From NCBI RefSeq assembly GCF_001447785.1, contig NW_015164211.1, positions 298,012 to 362,011 of the forward strand: 64,000 bases of DNA. The letters run 5' to 3'. The first letter of the stretch is position 1. Each line of letters opens with the position of its first letter. The stretch is from Gekko japonicus. Its lineage: Eukaryota. A program made the translations under genes and the position numbers. Below are positions 22,984-35,499 of this stretch, piece after piece. Under the pieces are notes generated by a model. It ran no database searches, was not told the origin of the DNA, and was given only the letters and a program-made list of their open reading frames with translations.

Positions 22984-23749
22984 CTGTTAAGAAACATTCA
23001 GTAGCTGTAAGTCTTGAGATCATAAAATATCCAGTGCCATAATTGGTCTAAAACAGTGAGACAGGAACTAGTATTTTCTAAATGGGAGAATCCTGTCCTT
23101 ATGAAAAACACTTTACAGGCATCCAAGGAATATAGATGCTGTGTTAGAAAAAACAGCTAAGGAGAACCAAGTCCTGATTCAGGTGTAACGCTGACAGCCC
23201 CTTTGGAAAGGCAGAGATATCAGGATGCAGAACTGCCTTGTTCCATGGACTAGTAAATAAAGATGATGGAGTTATAAGTGGTCTGAAGAACATGTGGTTC
23301 GAAGGGCAACACTGACAAGACATGTACTACCAGTTCCTGTGGAATGGGTTTAGGAAGTGAATGACAGATTGTGACAGATGGGTGATAACAAGAGCATGAT
23401 AACACCTGACAGACTCCTGCCGAAAACGCATATGGACATAATGCAGAAGATGCCAGTAAGGGGCAATGGGACTATTGTTCTCAATCACAGCTGTATTCTC
23501 TCACTCTCCCAGAGGGAGACAAAAGGACTTGCCACCAGAGAGTCGCTTTGAACTCAGAGGATCAAACACACCCTGCTTATTTCTGGCAGTAAACCAAGTC
23601 TCTCTCATATGCTGTTTTCAAAGGCACAGGAGGCCTGAATCATGGCCCTCAACTGGTGACATTCACCCTCCCCCACGCTTGTTAAAAGTTGCCTGCTGTG
23701 CCATAAATGTGCAGTATTGCAGAAGGATGAAGTAAAATTGGGCTACACC

Positions 23750-24027
23750 CAGCAAACCAAAAAGGCAAAAAATGCCAGGTAATATGTGATTGGTATATTA
23801 TCACTCAAAGCTGCTACATTTTTTGCCATGCAGGCTTCGCCAGGGGGATCAGAGAATTCACCTCACGCTGGACCTGTTCAACAACAATGAAATTAAATTA
23901 AATCCAGCAGTAGGTGAATTCTCTGATCCCCCTGATGAAGCCTGCACAATGAAACGCATAGGGGCTTTGTATGATAATAAGCGAGTCACCTATCACCTGG
24001 CATTTTTTTCCCTTTCTGGTTTACTGT
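23750..24027. mobile_element. Penelope-like inverted terminal repeat relic with decayed minimal hammerhead ribozyme motifs
   Basis: ~120-bp inverted arms; the right arm has CCCC-CTGATGA-AGCCTGCACAAT-GAAACGCATA-GGGG (23928-23964). Confidence 0.7.
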
Positions 24028-24773
24028 ACTGTAGAAGGACAAGTTTGATGGATGGTGGCATTCACAGAGCAGAAAAGATTTAATGCAGAACTAGCTGCCA
24101 GTGAAGAAGTCTCTGAGGACAGTGTGTTCTATCAATGCTGCTGCAGTCAAAAGAAAGCTGAGCAGGAAACTGTCTCCCCTGTACCTTAGGCACACACAGT
24201 CAAGACTACATGAGGGGGGGAGATTTTTTGCATCTAAAATCTATCTCTTGATGATTGTAGGATGCAGAGACTATGAAGAAGAAAGGCTGAAGATCACTAC
24301 ACTTCTGAAACTTGATCCAGAAATCATTTTTCTGTTTGCACGTTATTACACAAACAGAAGTATAAGAATTGCTAGAAAAACTACCAATTATCACTCAGTG
24401 AAAACTCCTGCCCAAACATTTTTTTTAATTTTTATTTTAAACAACAAACATCTTAACAAAACGAATTCCAACATTTTAATGCAAGCTGTTATGATTCTCC
24501 TTAGATATTGCTTTCCTGTAGCTAATGCACATATCGTGTTCAACAGAAACTAAGTGAATAAACCCAGGGAAGCTGCAATGCCCAGAATACCTGCCACCTC
24601 AAAACAAACAAACAAAAAAATTCCAGCATTCAAAATGAACAGTGTGACTTTGCTTAACTTGGTTATGCTCCATGTGAATATATTTGTTTCCAATAAATTT
24701 AAAATTTTTGGTAGAAAAGGATATAGTAGATTTAATAAGAGCTGCGCAGAGAGAACTGAAATTAGACTCACAT

Positions 24774-25007
24774 GGTTAGATCCAGACTAATGTTTGCATA
24801 GGCACAAGGGTTTCTGCCTGCTAAACTTATTCTCCTGCCGTTCCTCTCCCATGGGAACCCAAAATGTCTCTGAAACCCCGGGGAGGGGGAACCTTCTCCT
24901 CTAGGAATAAGATTTTAGAGGACATTTTGGGCTGCCATGGGAGGCAGGAAATTTGCACTTCGGACACAGTAATCCTGGTGGTCATATAAACAGTCTAGAT
25001 CCAAGCC
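24774..25007. mobile_element. Short MITE with imperfect TIRs
   Basis: GGTTAGATCCAGACT ... AGTCTAGATCCAAGCC; similar ends at 48233-48316. Confidence 0.5.
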
Positions 25008-25342
25008 ACAAAGAATTACAGGCAGTAACATATAACTAGGGACTCTGGTTTCTCAAAATCTATTCAGATGTCAGCATATGATCAAACTTTTGCTTCTTCA
25101 AAGAAACATGAATTTTTTCTAATGAAAGCTGAAAGTCTTAAAGTACAAGAAAATAGATTGTGGAACATAAAAATCTCCTGCTGTGCAACCTCTATATAAA
25201 TAATGCACATGAAGACATTACATTTGTGGAAAACTATGTGAATCGTAAGCTGCAAATTTAAACCAATAAAATAATCTGGATCCCCATAAGAACTAACAGG
25301 AAGGTGCACTAGTAGGTGAGAACGTATTAACAAGCCACGTAC

Positions 25343-25385
25343 CTCTTCATTTGGTAAAGATACATATACCCGCTTGGTGAATCGT
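25343..25385 (-). CDS. SPAST: Spastin exon 13 (43 nt)
   Basis: (R)RFTKRVYVSLPNEE, arginine-finger region; AG/GT ends. Confidence 0.97.
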
Positions 25386-26270
25386 CTGAAAAACAGGTAT
25401 GACAGAAGCTGTAGTAAGAAGATCAAAACACCTTAAAAACCACATCTCAGATGTCAATATCTAAGAGCCGACATCATACTTTCGAAAGAACAGTTGTAGT
25501 CAAAGATGGCATTGACAGCGAAATCTTCCCTCTGACAGAAGGTTGTCCATAAATGCAGCACATTTCTTTGCTAAAATATATGCGCCAGAAAACTAGATAA
25601 CTATTTTAAACTTTGGTTAGTCTAACTCCTGTAAAAATTCAAATTTCTATTCAGTGAAGCCAGTCTATGCTTTTCTCAATAAAAGAATTTTCATAAACGT
25701 GTCATGTTTGCATGCACACACACATAAATTGTTTATTAAACATAACATAGCATATACAAAGAGCTGGAAACCAAGACACTCGCGTGCACAAGAAATAGGT
25801 TTAAAATAAGCTGATGCAAGCATGTTCTCCCAGTACTACTTATATAGCTAGAGAGATACAAAATTTCTGCAAAATTTGAAGCTACGAGGAAAAGCATTTT
25901 TGGAACAAGTTAGTATAACTCTTTTCACTAACCTACACTTATTTTAACATAAAATGAATTTTATATATATCTTAGTATATATAATTGTACTATTTGGTAC
26001 AATTGTACTATACTTATGAAATCTGACAGAATGTCGGTTTTCTACAAACAAAACTACTAATATACCCTGTTATTGCGAGAGATACCCACAAAGTGCTGCA
26101 TCCTATATTACCTTAGTATTTGTCTTAAGTTTTTGCTATCGAAGAGGTAGGAAAGAGTTGAAAAAATGTAGTGAAAAAGTCTTAAAGTGACAAGTGGTCA
26201 CATTTAAACAATAAACATATCCTTGAAAATATGCTGTATGTGTGACAGGTTATTGCATCTTTCAGAGTAC

Positions 26271-26350
26271 CTGAGAACAGCATCATCAAGCTCCTGTGGC
26301 CTGTTAGTTGCTCCCATCACAAGTATTCGGTCTTCTCCAGAAGACTGTAC
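26271..26350 (-). CDS. SPAST: Spastin exon 12 (80 nt)
   Basis: [30 protein letters not shown] second region of homology. Confidence 0.98.
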
Positions 26351-26446
26351 CTATTATTTCCATAAATCAGATTTATTACTTCATTTTGAAGCTGAGTTGC
26401 AGACAATTAGGAAATAATATTATGATAAACACACTGAACATGCATG

Positions 26447-27494
26447 CAGGGCAGGGCTGGCTCTATCACAAGGCCAACCTAGGAGGCAGCCTAGGGACGC
26501 AGCTGGAAAACAGGGCAGCGGAGAGACTGAGAGCGAGAGAGAGAAACTCGGCAAGACAGCGCGTGAGCCTAACGCGCTTTACAGGTAGCGGCAACAGCAC
26601 TCCTCAGCCGTGCCAGGCAGAGCCAAGGTGCAGCCTGGGTGACCCGCGGCTGCCGCTTCAACAAGTCCACCCCCGCCTCTGCCTCCTCCACCCCACTCTG
26701 CCTTCGAGGACTGGACCGGACAGGGGGGAGGGGAGAGATGCTGGCAGGGGGGGTGAGGGAAAGGAGGGCGCCCACGAGCCCTGAGCGCCGATTAGGCGTG
26801 ATACACCGCTGTCAGTCTAACTGCCCAGTAAACGCACACATCCCGGTGGTCAATCTGCTTTGCCTCCTTAGAGACGCCTGTTTTTTTTACAGCTCCCCCT
26901 CCGCGTCTCTGTGACTGGCAGACCCAATTTGGGGGGGTGGGGGGGATGCCTGGCTGGCTTTGGCTGGAAGACTTGCTGCTCCGGGCCCAGGAAGAGACAC
27001 TGCCTGGTGTAAACCTTCCCAGCCCGTTTATATTTCGGGTCCCAGGAGAGTTTAAAGCTGGCAGGAAGACTGGGAAGGATGCTGCTCAAGGGACCCCGAG
27101 GACGCCTTCTCCGCGGGGAAGGGGGTTCAAACGGCGCTGGGGAGCTGTTTTAACTGTGAAAGTAGACTGTGACGGGCAGCGGAGGGGGGATCATCATGTA
27201 GACAAGGAAACCAACAAAGTTAAAAAAACAAAACAAGAAGGCAACTAGCAGCAGGGTTTCTTTACAGGGGGCTGACAACGGAGAAGACCACGTGCTGCAT
27301 TTGCATTAACTCTGTGTGTGTGTGTGTGTGTGTGTGTGAGTGAGTGTGAAGTGCTTTCAAGTTGCTCCCAACTTTGCATTCTTCCTAAAATGCATTTATG
27401 TTTGAAAACTGGTGGGCCCACCGGGGGGTGGGGGGGTGGACGGGACCAGAAGGTATCCTCGCCTAGTGTTCAAAAAAACCTGGGGTCGGCCCTG
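26447..27494. mobile_element. GC-rich hAT-like non-autonomous element
   Basis: Termini CAGGGC(AGGGC)TGGC / GTCGGCCCTG; degenerate 8-bp TSD CATGCATG / CACGCATA; contains (TG)n at ~27313-27338. Confidence 0.6.
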
Positions 27495-28139
27495 CACGCA
27501 TAACTAATAAATCACAGTATAAATTGGGGGGGAAATACCCAACACTACCTTACAGTAAATTATAAACAATACACATGGTATACTTAATGGGTTAAACCTT
27601 CACTTATTTAATTTATTGAATGACATTTTTTTTAACAGAAGATTCAAGGTAGACTACAAAAGTAAAAGCCATAAGAACCATTTACTAACTCAAACACTAA
27701 AAAATTACTGCAGTTTTCTTTCCATAGAAACGTCCTCCTAAAAAGTTCTGCACATTCTATGAAACAATAATAGTACAGGAGGCTTTCTAATCTTGTTGGA
27801 CAGCCTATTGCACCAGGCAGTGACCACAAGAGAGAATGCTCTGGTATGGGCAGGTGCTCATCTCATTCATGCGCAGGCCTTGTTCACATGAGCGAAACTA
27901 TTGCAGCAGTGCAAGAGGTGTTCCTTCATATGTGTGGGTCCAGTCCACAAAGAGCTTAACAGGTAATAACCCTAAACCCAGAAACTAATCTGTAACCAAT
28001 TATTTGACTGCAGAATACATGTAATATGCCCATTCTCTCTAGTTCCTGATACTAATGAGCTTCAGAGTTCTGTAGCAACTCTGTGGAATTCAAGGGCAGT
28101 CCCACAGACAACATGTTATAATCATCTCACTTTGACATT

Positions 28140-28980
28140 ATTATGGTATAGACTGGCTGGCTCAATGTAGGGAGCCGCCCTTCATGCTAAAACGAGATAG
28201 AACAAAGCATTTTTTTCACTGCTAAACTAACTCACATCTTGAGCAATAGTACTGGATATAACACCCAGACTCTTAACCAAGTTAGCCTGAGTCAAGCTAA
28301 GCCCCATCGCACGTGGAAAGCAACAACACCCTCCAAAACTTCAGCCTTAACAACCAATATCACCTCTGTCATGTCAGGATTAAATTTCACCCTTAATTAC
28401 TACACTATAGCAGCCAGGCAATGACTGAAGACTGAAACAGCAGCAACAGATGGTCCAGGCAAAAAAAACAGAGCTAGGTATCATCGGCATACTGATGCCA
28501 CCCAACTTTAAAGCCATGGATGATCTCACCCAACAGCTAACAGCATGGGCAGTAAAGCTGACCAGCTGAAATCGGTAGGATAAGTCCTGCACTGAAGATA
28601 TCAGCTTCAGCAACACTCAGTCTAATCCATCAGAAAATATTTAAGGTGTTCAAAAGTACACCCCTTAACACCTACTTCTACCTCCAAAATGTCTCAGCAG
28701 CATGATATCATCTACCCGATCAAAGGCTGCTGATAAATCCAAGCAACAACAACAAAGCACAGCACACTATATTCAGACAAAGATAATCAACCAAAGACAC
28801 CAACACTGTCTCCATCCTGTAACCAGGCCTGAAAACAGACTGAAAATGGTCAAGGGCAGATGCATCGTTCAGGAAGACCTGGAGTTGCTCCACCACCACT
28901 CTCCCAATTCTCTCACAAAGGCCAGTAATAACTGGCCATTCCATTCAACTCCAGTGTCACCAGACACCTTTACTGCCTGT
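28140..28980 (-). mobile_element. L2 LINE RT fragment (decayed)
   Basis: Peptide LDHFQSVFRPGYRMETVLVSLVD, an L2 QSGFR..HSTETAL-like motif. Confidence 0.7.
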
Positions 28981-28982
28981 AC

Positions 28983-29456
28983 TTCAAAAGGGAATTAGAT
29001 AAGCATATGGAGCAGAGGTCCATCAGTGGCTATTAGCCACAAGGTATAGATAGGGACCAGTGTTCCCTCTAAGCTGAGTTAGTGTGAGCTAGCTCACAAT
29101 TTTTTGGCCTCTGGCTCACACATTTCTGTCTTAGCTCAGGAAAGATGGCACCAGAGCAAACTAATTTATGCAGTAGCCAAATCTCTTGCTCACAACTTTA
29201 ATGCCAGTAACTCACAAAGTAAAAATTTTGCTCACAAGACTTCACAGCTTAGAGGGAACATTGACTCTGGGGCAAGTGATGCCCTGTCTTCTTCGTGCTT
29301 GGGGGGGGGGGTCAACAGTGGGAGGGCTTCTAATGTCCTGGCCCCACTGGTGGACCTCCCGATGGCACTGGTATTTCTGGCCACTGTGTGATACAGAGTG
29401 TTGGGCTGGATGGGCCTTTGGCCTGATCCAACATTGGCATCTCTTATGTTCTTATG
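28983..29456 (+). mobile_element. CR1 3' end interrupted by a hAT MITE (29058-29263)
   Basis: CR1 3'UTR with CTTATGTT tail; inserted element has TIRs CAGTGTTCCCTCTAAGCTG / CAGCTTAGAGGGAACATTG. Confidence 0.85.
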
Positions 29457-29475
29457 TTACTATACTACAAACAGT

Positions 29476-29700
29476 CAGGTGGTGCAATGATTACACTGGC
29501 GGGCTGGGATATGGGAGATGCTGGTTTGAATTCTTGCTCTGCCATGGAAGGTTGTAGGTTGACCCTGGAGGGCCAGTCACAAACTCTCAGCCTTGTCTAC
29601 CTCACAGGGATAAAATGGGAGAGAGGAAGAAAGAAATGAAAGAGAACAATATAAGCCACTTTGGGTCCCTACTAGGGGAAAAGGCAGGGTATAAATGAAA
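29476..29700 (+). mobile_element. MIR-like squamate SINE
   Basis: tRNA-like head and CTCTCAGCCT..CTACCTCACAGGG core; relatives at ~37290-37515 (-), ~46330-46525 (-), ~60470-60660 (+). Confidence 0.6.
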
Positions 29701-29854
29701 TAAGAGATTTTAATTACCAAAAACTACAGAAATGTCACAGCTAACCACTACCTGAAAGTTTAATGACAGATCTAGGAGTCAGCAATACCTTAGTACTTTG
29801 TCCACTATGGGGGACAAAGAGTCAGCACACCTTAAACTAATGAGCCAAACATTA

Positions 29855-30016
<162 letters not shown>

Positions 30017-30260
30017 TTAAGCGGGAACAATATGAAATTTCTGAGCTTCCAAATAAAAATAACTTAAAACATTTGGCATGCAGAATATATACCTAAAGGC
30101 ATTTTTCCTTCAACAATTTTGTACATGCTACTTCCTTAAACGGCAAAAAAAAAATAAAAAATTAAATGGATGATAACATCAACCATCTTAATTTAAAAGT
30201 TAACTTTAAAATCTAAAAGTTAAGTTTAAAAGTTAATTTTCAAATGACCAGAGCAGCTTA

Positions 30261-30359
<99 letters not shown>

Positions 30360-33300
30360 CTATGAGTATTAAAGTATTTACTTTATTAAATACATAAGTA
30401 TAAATTTGTTTTTAACAAAAGTTGGCTCTATGTGAAAGACTATTTTAAATTCCATTCCATGAACCCATGACATCAACTCAATGCTACTACATATGATATG
30501 CTCTCTGCATTCCTTTACAAAACCCCAGTTTAATGTGTGTCAATGTATTTTTACAAATTCCAGTAAAATAAAGTGTTGGCTTTCTTATGTTTTTCCAAAA
30601 ACGCAATTGTATATTTTCAAATAATTGTAATTAGGAACTTATATTCAATGTATTGCAAAAACCTGCAGCTGGCTCTAAAGAACCCTCATAGGTTGTATGA
30701 ACTGAGCAAAATTATTATTCTGTCAACAGGCTGACAATTTTCGTTTTCTGATCTCATCTGGAAGACGACAAAAATACTTCAGATGACAAAAAATGAAGAA
30801 TGGGAAGACCTGAGAAAATGATGTTTTGAGGTACCAGAGTTGAAGAAAGAGTAAAAGAGGAATACACAAAGATATATTTTTCTTCCATTTCTCCCTTCCC
30901 ACAAGCAATTTCCCAGCTTAGGATGGTAAGTAAGCAGCAAAAGGGCATAGAAAGATCATGTCTCATCATTGTGCATCCAGGTACTCTTCTCTAGCCTCCC
31001 TAAAGGCCAAAGCTACATATTATAACCGGTCAATTTCCCTCAATTTTGAAAAATGAAAAGTAACCACAGGAGGCTGAAATTCTGAGCAGAGAAAAGCAGT
31101 CAGGAAGGAAAGAACAGGGGCAGTTTGAACATAAACACTGCACACTTCTTCGCTTATGTCCATTTATTCTTTGCATCTTCCTGGACTGAATCCTCCTGTA
31201 CCAAATTGAAACCTAGGTTTCCGGTCTCATTAGCAATGCTGATTATCTCCACATCCACTACCCCTCTGCACATCATGCCTGCTATTGCCATTCGGCATCT
31301 GAAATCATCTTTATAAAGTTTATATCTCCAGTATCTTGTGTTACATTTTATGGCACACATGGCCTGGCCCGACAAAGTGACATTTATGTCAGATCCGGCC
31401 CTCATAATGAATGAGTTCAACACCTCTGTTGTAGGTGTTACCAGGGCATGAACCACAGTGGCACATTTTTCTTGCTCAGGAAATGCCACAGCTGGCTCAT
31501 CAGCCAAAGCTGGTGGAAGGCGCCCCTCTCCACCACTGCTACCTGTTTACCCAGCAGGAGGCATGGGCACAGCAGCAGCATCATACAACAAACCACATCT
31601 TTTAGGATGTGTGTGCAACTCCATTTAGAACAGGAGACACCTCAAATCCCAGACTGGTCCTTCTGGCCACCACTAGCACCTGTTGGGGTTAAGCTTCAGA
31701 TACACATATGGTTATCCTGCTCAAGTTTGAAGTCCAGGCATGAAGGCAGGAGTCAAGTTACTGCAGCTGGCACCAATAATGTATTATGGGTGTTGTTTCA
31801 GCAGAGGCTGAAGGTGAAATGAGGCCTTAAATACACTGCTGACCTGATAAGAATATTGCCAGTTACTAGGAACCCCCCCCCAAAAAAAATCTGGTAGAGC
31901 TGCCCAGCCTTGCCCTTGGTTCTTGTGATGGCATGACATCCCTTGCCAGAAAATCCAGAAGTGAGTCCTCTCTAGGAATCACAGGGGACTCTATGGATTT
32001 GCCATAGAGTTTCCAGTAATTCCTAGAGAGGTGCAGCATTACTTCAGGGTTTTCCCCTAAAGTAACATCACATCATTGCCACCAGTACTCTCCCCTTCAA
32101 GACTTTACCTCCTCAGTTTCTTGCCGTTTGTCAGGCCATACATGTGGGTTGTTCTTTCTCATGTAACCCTGGCAGCTCTACCCCATGCCTAGCAACTCTA
32201 CTGCCCAGCAATTCCTTCAACAGCTAAATTATGGTTTATAGCTAAGCTGCAGCTGAGTTGCTTAGAGAAAAAAGGCTTGTTAAAGAGCTAAAAAGGGAAG
32301 AAAACACTGGAGTACAGCATCCACCATCTTGAAGGTGGCATTAAGCTCTGCCCCCTCCCACTGGCTGCTGGCAGAGCTTTCACACAGAGGCTCTGCCTGC
32401 AGCTGGTGTGCCATATCTCCTTTTAAGTCAGGGCAAAGGAAGTGTTTCTTCGCTTGAGCTTAAAAGGAATACTCCAGGTGTCAAGCAAGTTGTGCTCAGA
32501 AACAGCCAAATATCTCATGCATACTTTTTACAGCAATTTCTCACTTAGAATGGCAAAAGAGGTAGAGGAGGCAAAAAGTCTCTTCCTCTATTTGCTGATT
32601 CTGAAAAAGAAAAGAGTGGAGGTGACTGAGAGATAAGCAGGAATATCTGCTGTTCTTGTCATTCTTCTTGCTTTCCAAAGCCTCTTTGCAGGTCTGAATA
32701 TCTGCTGTTCTTGCTTTCCAAAGCCTCTTTGCAGGTCATGCAGGTAAAGATGGGTGGTGGTGGTGGTCAGGGGGTACATGAGAAAGAACAAACCACATGC
32801 ATCATTTGTCATTTCCCCCTGAACTTCTGCCAATATACAACATAAATGGGAAAAGGGAGAGTGGATATGCAGCACCATCATGGCTCAGACCTCCTCTTCT
32901 CTTCCAAGGTGATCCAGTGGTAAGCAGCTGCTAATCGAGGATGCGCACACTCATTCTCCTATCATTTCTGGTTTAAAAAGGCTTTGCCAGTTTTGTAGCA
33001 GAAGCAACAGTGGGACAGAATGAATACAAAAATCAACAATCTCCCAAGGAAGAACTAATTATCCAAATGTCTTAGCAGAAACAGTATCCAGCTTGCAAGG
33101 TTTGTGAAGGGCAAATCTATTGCTATGACACTTTGCCTCCTTAGCCCTCTTCTTTAACTAAAAGAGTGAGAGCTCAAAACAGCACACATGGGCTACTTCC
33201 AAGTTTTAAGTATTTATGTAGCATGAAGCTGATTATTACTTTCAAAATAAAAAAAATAATGAAGTGGGTACTTGGGTGAATTAAGAGATGGTCCACGTGT

Positions 33301-33679
33301 TTTAGTCTTCATTGAACTGTGTGCTTTAAGGTGTTTTTCCTGAATGGCTACTGTCTCCAAAGCAGCTCACATTGAAGACAGACTTGCACATTCATTGTAT
33401 TTTCTTCCATACCTCATCATCTTTCCATTTGGCTCCAACAGGCCTTTATTTAAGGACCCAGAATTATTTGCTGTTATTTCTGTTTACAAAGCCCCAGACC
33501 CCCAGGGCTGCAGCTATGGAGAGCAAACTCAAAGCAAAGCCAGAAGCAGCAACTCTAGTATTAAAGGAAGGCAACAATTTCTACTGCAGAAGCCTCGTGC
33601 AAATATTCCTCCAGCAGAACACACTAAATCAAGCGCTCCCGGGATGTTTTCTAAAGCGCACAGGCAGAATAAGGAATTA

Positions 33680-33796
<117 letters not shown>

Positions 33797-34740
33797 CTAC
33801 AGTTCACAGTATGCTTTCTTGAAATATGTAACACTGAACAGTAGAGTGTCATTAAAGAAAATTCAAAATATTGCTACATTGTTGACACAATATATTATTT
33901 CATTGCAGGTAGTATGAAACTAAATTTGAAGGCATTCCATTTCTCAAAACTGTAAACAATATCCACAAAGAACTAAGCACAGGAATTTTTTCAACAACTG
34001 TTTAAAGGCCTATTTTTCTCTAAAGCATGTTCCACAACATCCTCTCTTTTATCATAACTGAGAACACGAGTTTATGAAGGGAGGGGTTCCATTTCACTTT
34101 CTAGTTGTTTTATTATTTCAGGAAACTAATTTAACAGGAAACTTTGCTATCGCTGACTTGCAAAGTATTATCAAAAGCACCTCAGTACAATATTTTGTGC
34201 AAGTGCCTTTTCAACATGGCCAAATGCCTACGGAAAACATTTTCATGAAGTTATGTAGCTCATTTCCAATATAAGGGAAAGAAAAAAGCTGCATAGTAAC
34301 ATCATGTGAATTAACTTCCCAAGTCCTAAATGCCAGAAAGAAATGTACGAACACTGTGCTCCAGAAGCACACGGTTACTTTTTCTCCTCTGAATACCATA
34401 TGCAGCTTTAGACATGCAGAAGTAAACCTCACCCTTCCTTTCTATTTCAGACAATTCTGGGGGCTAAAAAAAGATTTGCTTGATTCACCAATGGCTACCA
34501 ATGTGCTTTCACAAAAATTTACAGTAAACACATGAAGAGCTCTCATAACAAGACATGGTGAAGCTCACACATAACATGTTTCCAGTGAGGGTTAACTGTC
34601 CAACAATAAAATATGCTCCTATTTTAAAGAGAATAGGCAATGTCAATTTTTCACAATGGCATAAAACAACTGTACAGATTTCCGGGGGGGGGGAGGGGAG
34701 TCTTCGCTAAAAATTTGCCACAGAAAAATGGTTCTCTCAC

Positions 34741-34815
34741 CAGCATTGTCTTTCCATTTCCTGGTGGGCCAAACAACAACAATCCACGTGCAGGAGCCCT
34801 GAGCCCTGTAAACAA
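34741..34815 (-). CDS. SPAST: Spastin exon 8 (75 nt)
   Basis: [25 protein letters not shown]; Walker A motif. Confidence 0.98.
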
Positions 34816-35405
34816 CTGAAAGTATGGTAGAATTAAATTATGTTGTCCCACATCATACAAACCGGCAATTTATCAGCATACATTAAATACCCTGATATTT
34901 AAGATACAGATTTGGAATGAAGACCATCCAGTCAAACCATCCTAGGACCTTCCTATTCACACTCCAATTATGAAACAGAAGGGGAAGGGGGGAAAAGAGC
35001 ATATGAGAGATGGCCAATGCAGTCCATATAAAAGAAAAGGAAGGGAAGGACCAACCAAATTTAAGTATTAACACGCTTGGCTCATCTGACAGCCACTGTG
35101 TTGTAGTAGTTAGAATATTGGACTAGGATCTACACTCTCGAGGAGGAGTCATTTCAATTAGCAACATGCTGTTAGCTACTACAATGTGAATATACTCTCC
35201 CCATTGAATGGTCATAATTACGATCAACCCAAATGGGCAGCAATGGAGAATATTAAGAAAATGACATAGAAAAAAACAAGTTTCTCTGGAAGTAATTTGC
35301 CCCAGGCTGTGAATAAACGGTATTGAGATAAACTGAACGGTAATTATTGCAGAACACAAGATTCTCAGGCCTAACATGAAAACAGACAGAAAACAGGTTG
35401 CTTAC

Positions 35406-35499
35406 CTCAGGTCTAAGAGATGGAAGAATAACAATTTCTTGCAGTGCCTGCTTTGCTAGCTCCTGCCCAGCGATATCATCAAATTTGACAGATGGCCCA
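35406..35499 (-). CDS. SPAST: Spastin exon 7 (94 nt)
   Basis: [31 protein letters not shown]. Confidence 0.98.

Larger units (their letters stand above)
21551..23059. repeat. Tandem duplication (21551-22303 and 22304-23059) containing exons 14 and 15
   Basis: Two ~755-bp units differing by about 7 substitutions and a 3-bp indel. Confidence 0.97.

Noticed and set aside
31154-31507. 117-aa ORF as a gene
   Set aside because: Patchwork of an L2-like piece (ATVVHALVT), a hAT end and a possible Tigger-like C-terminal remnant; too weak to call
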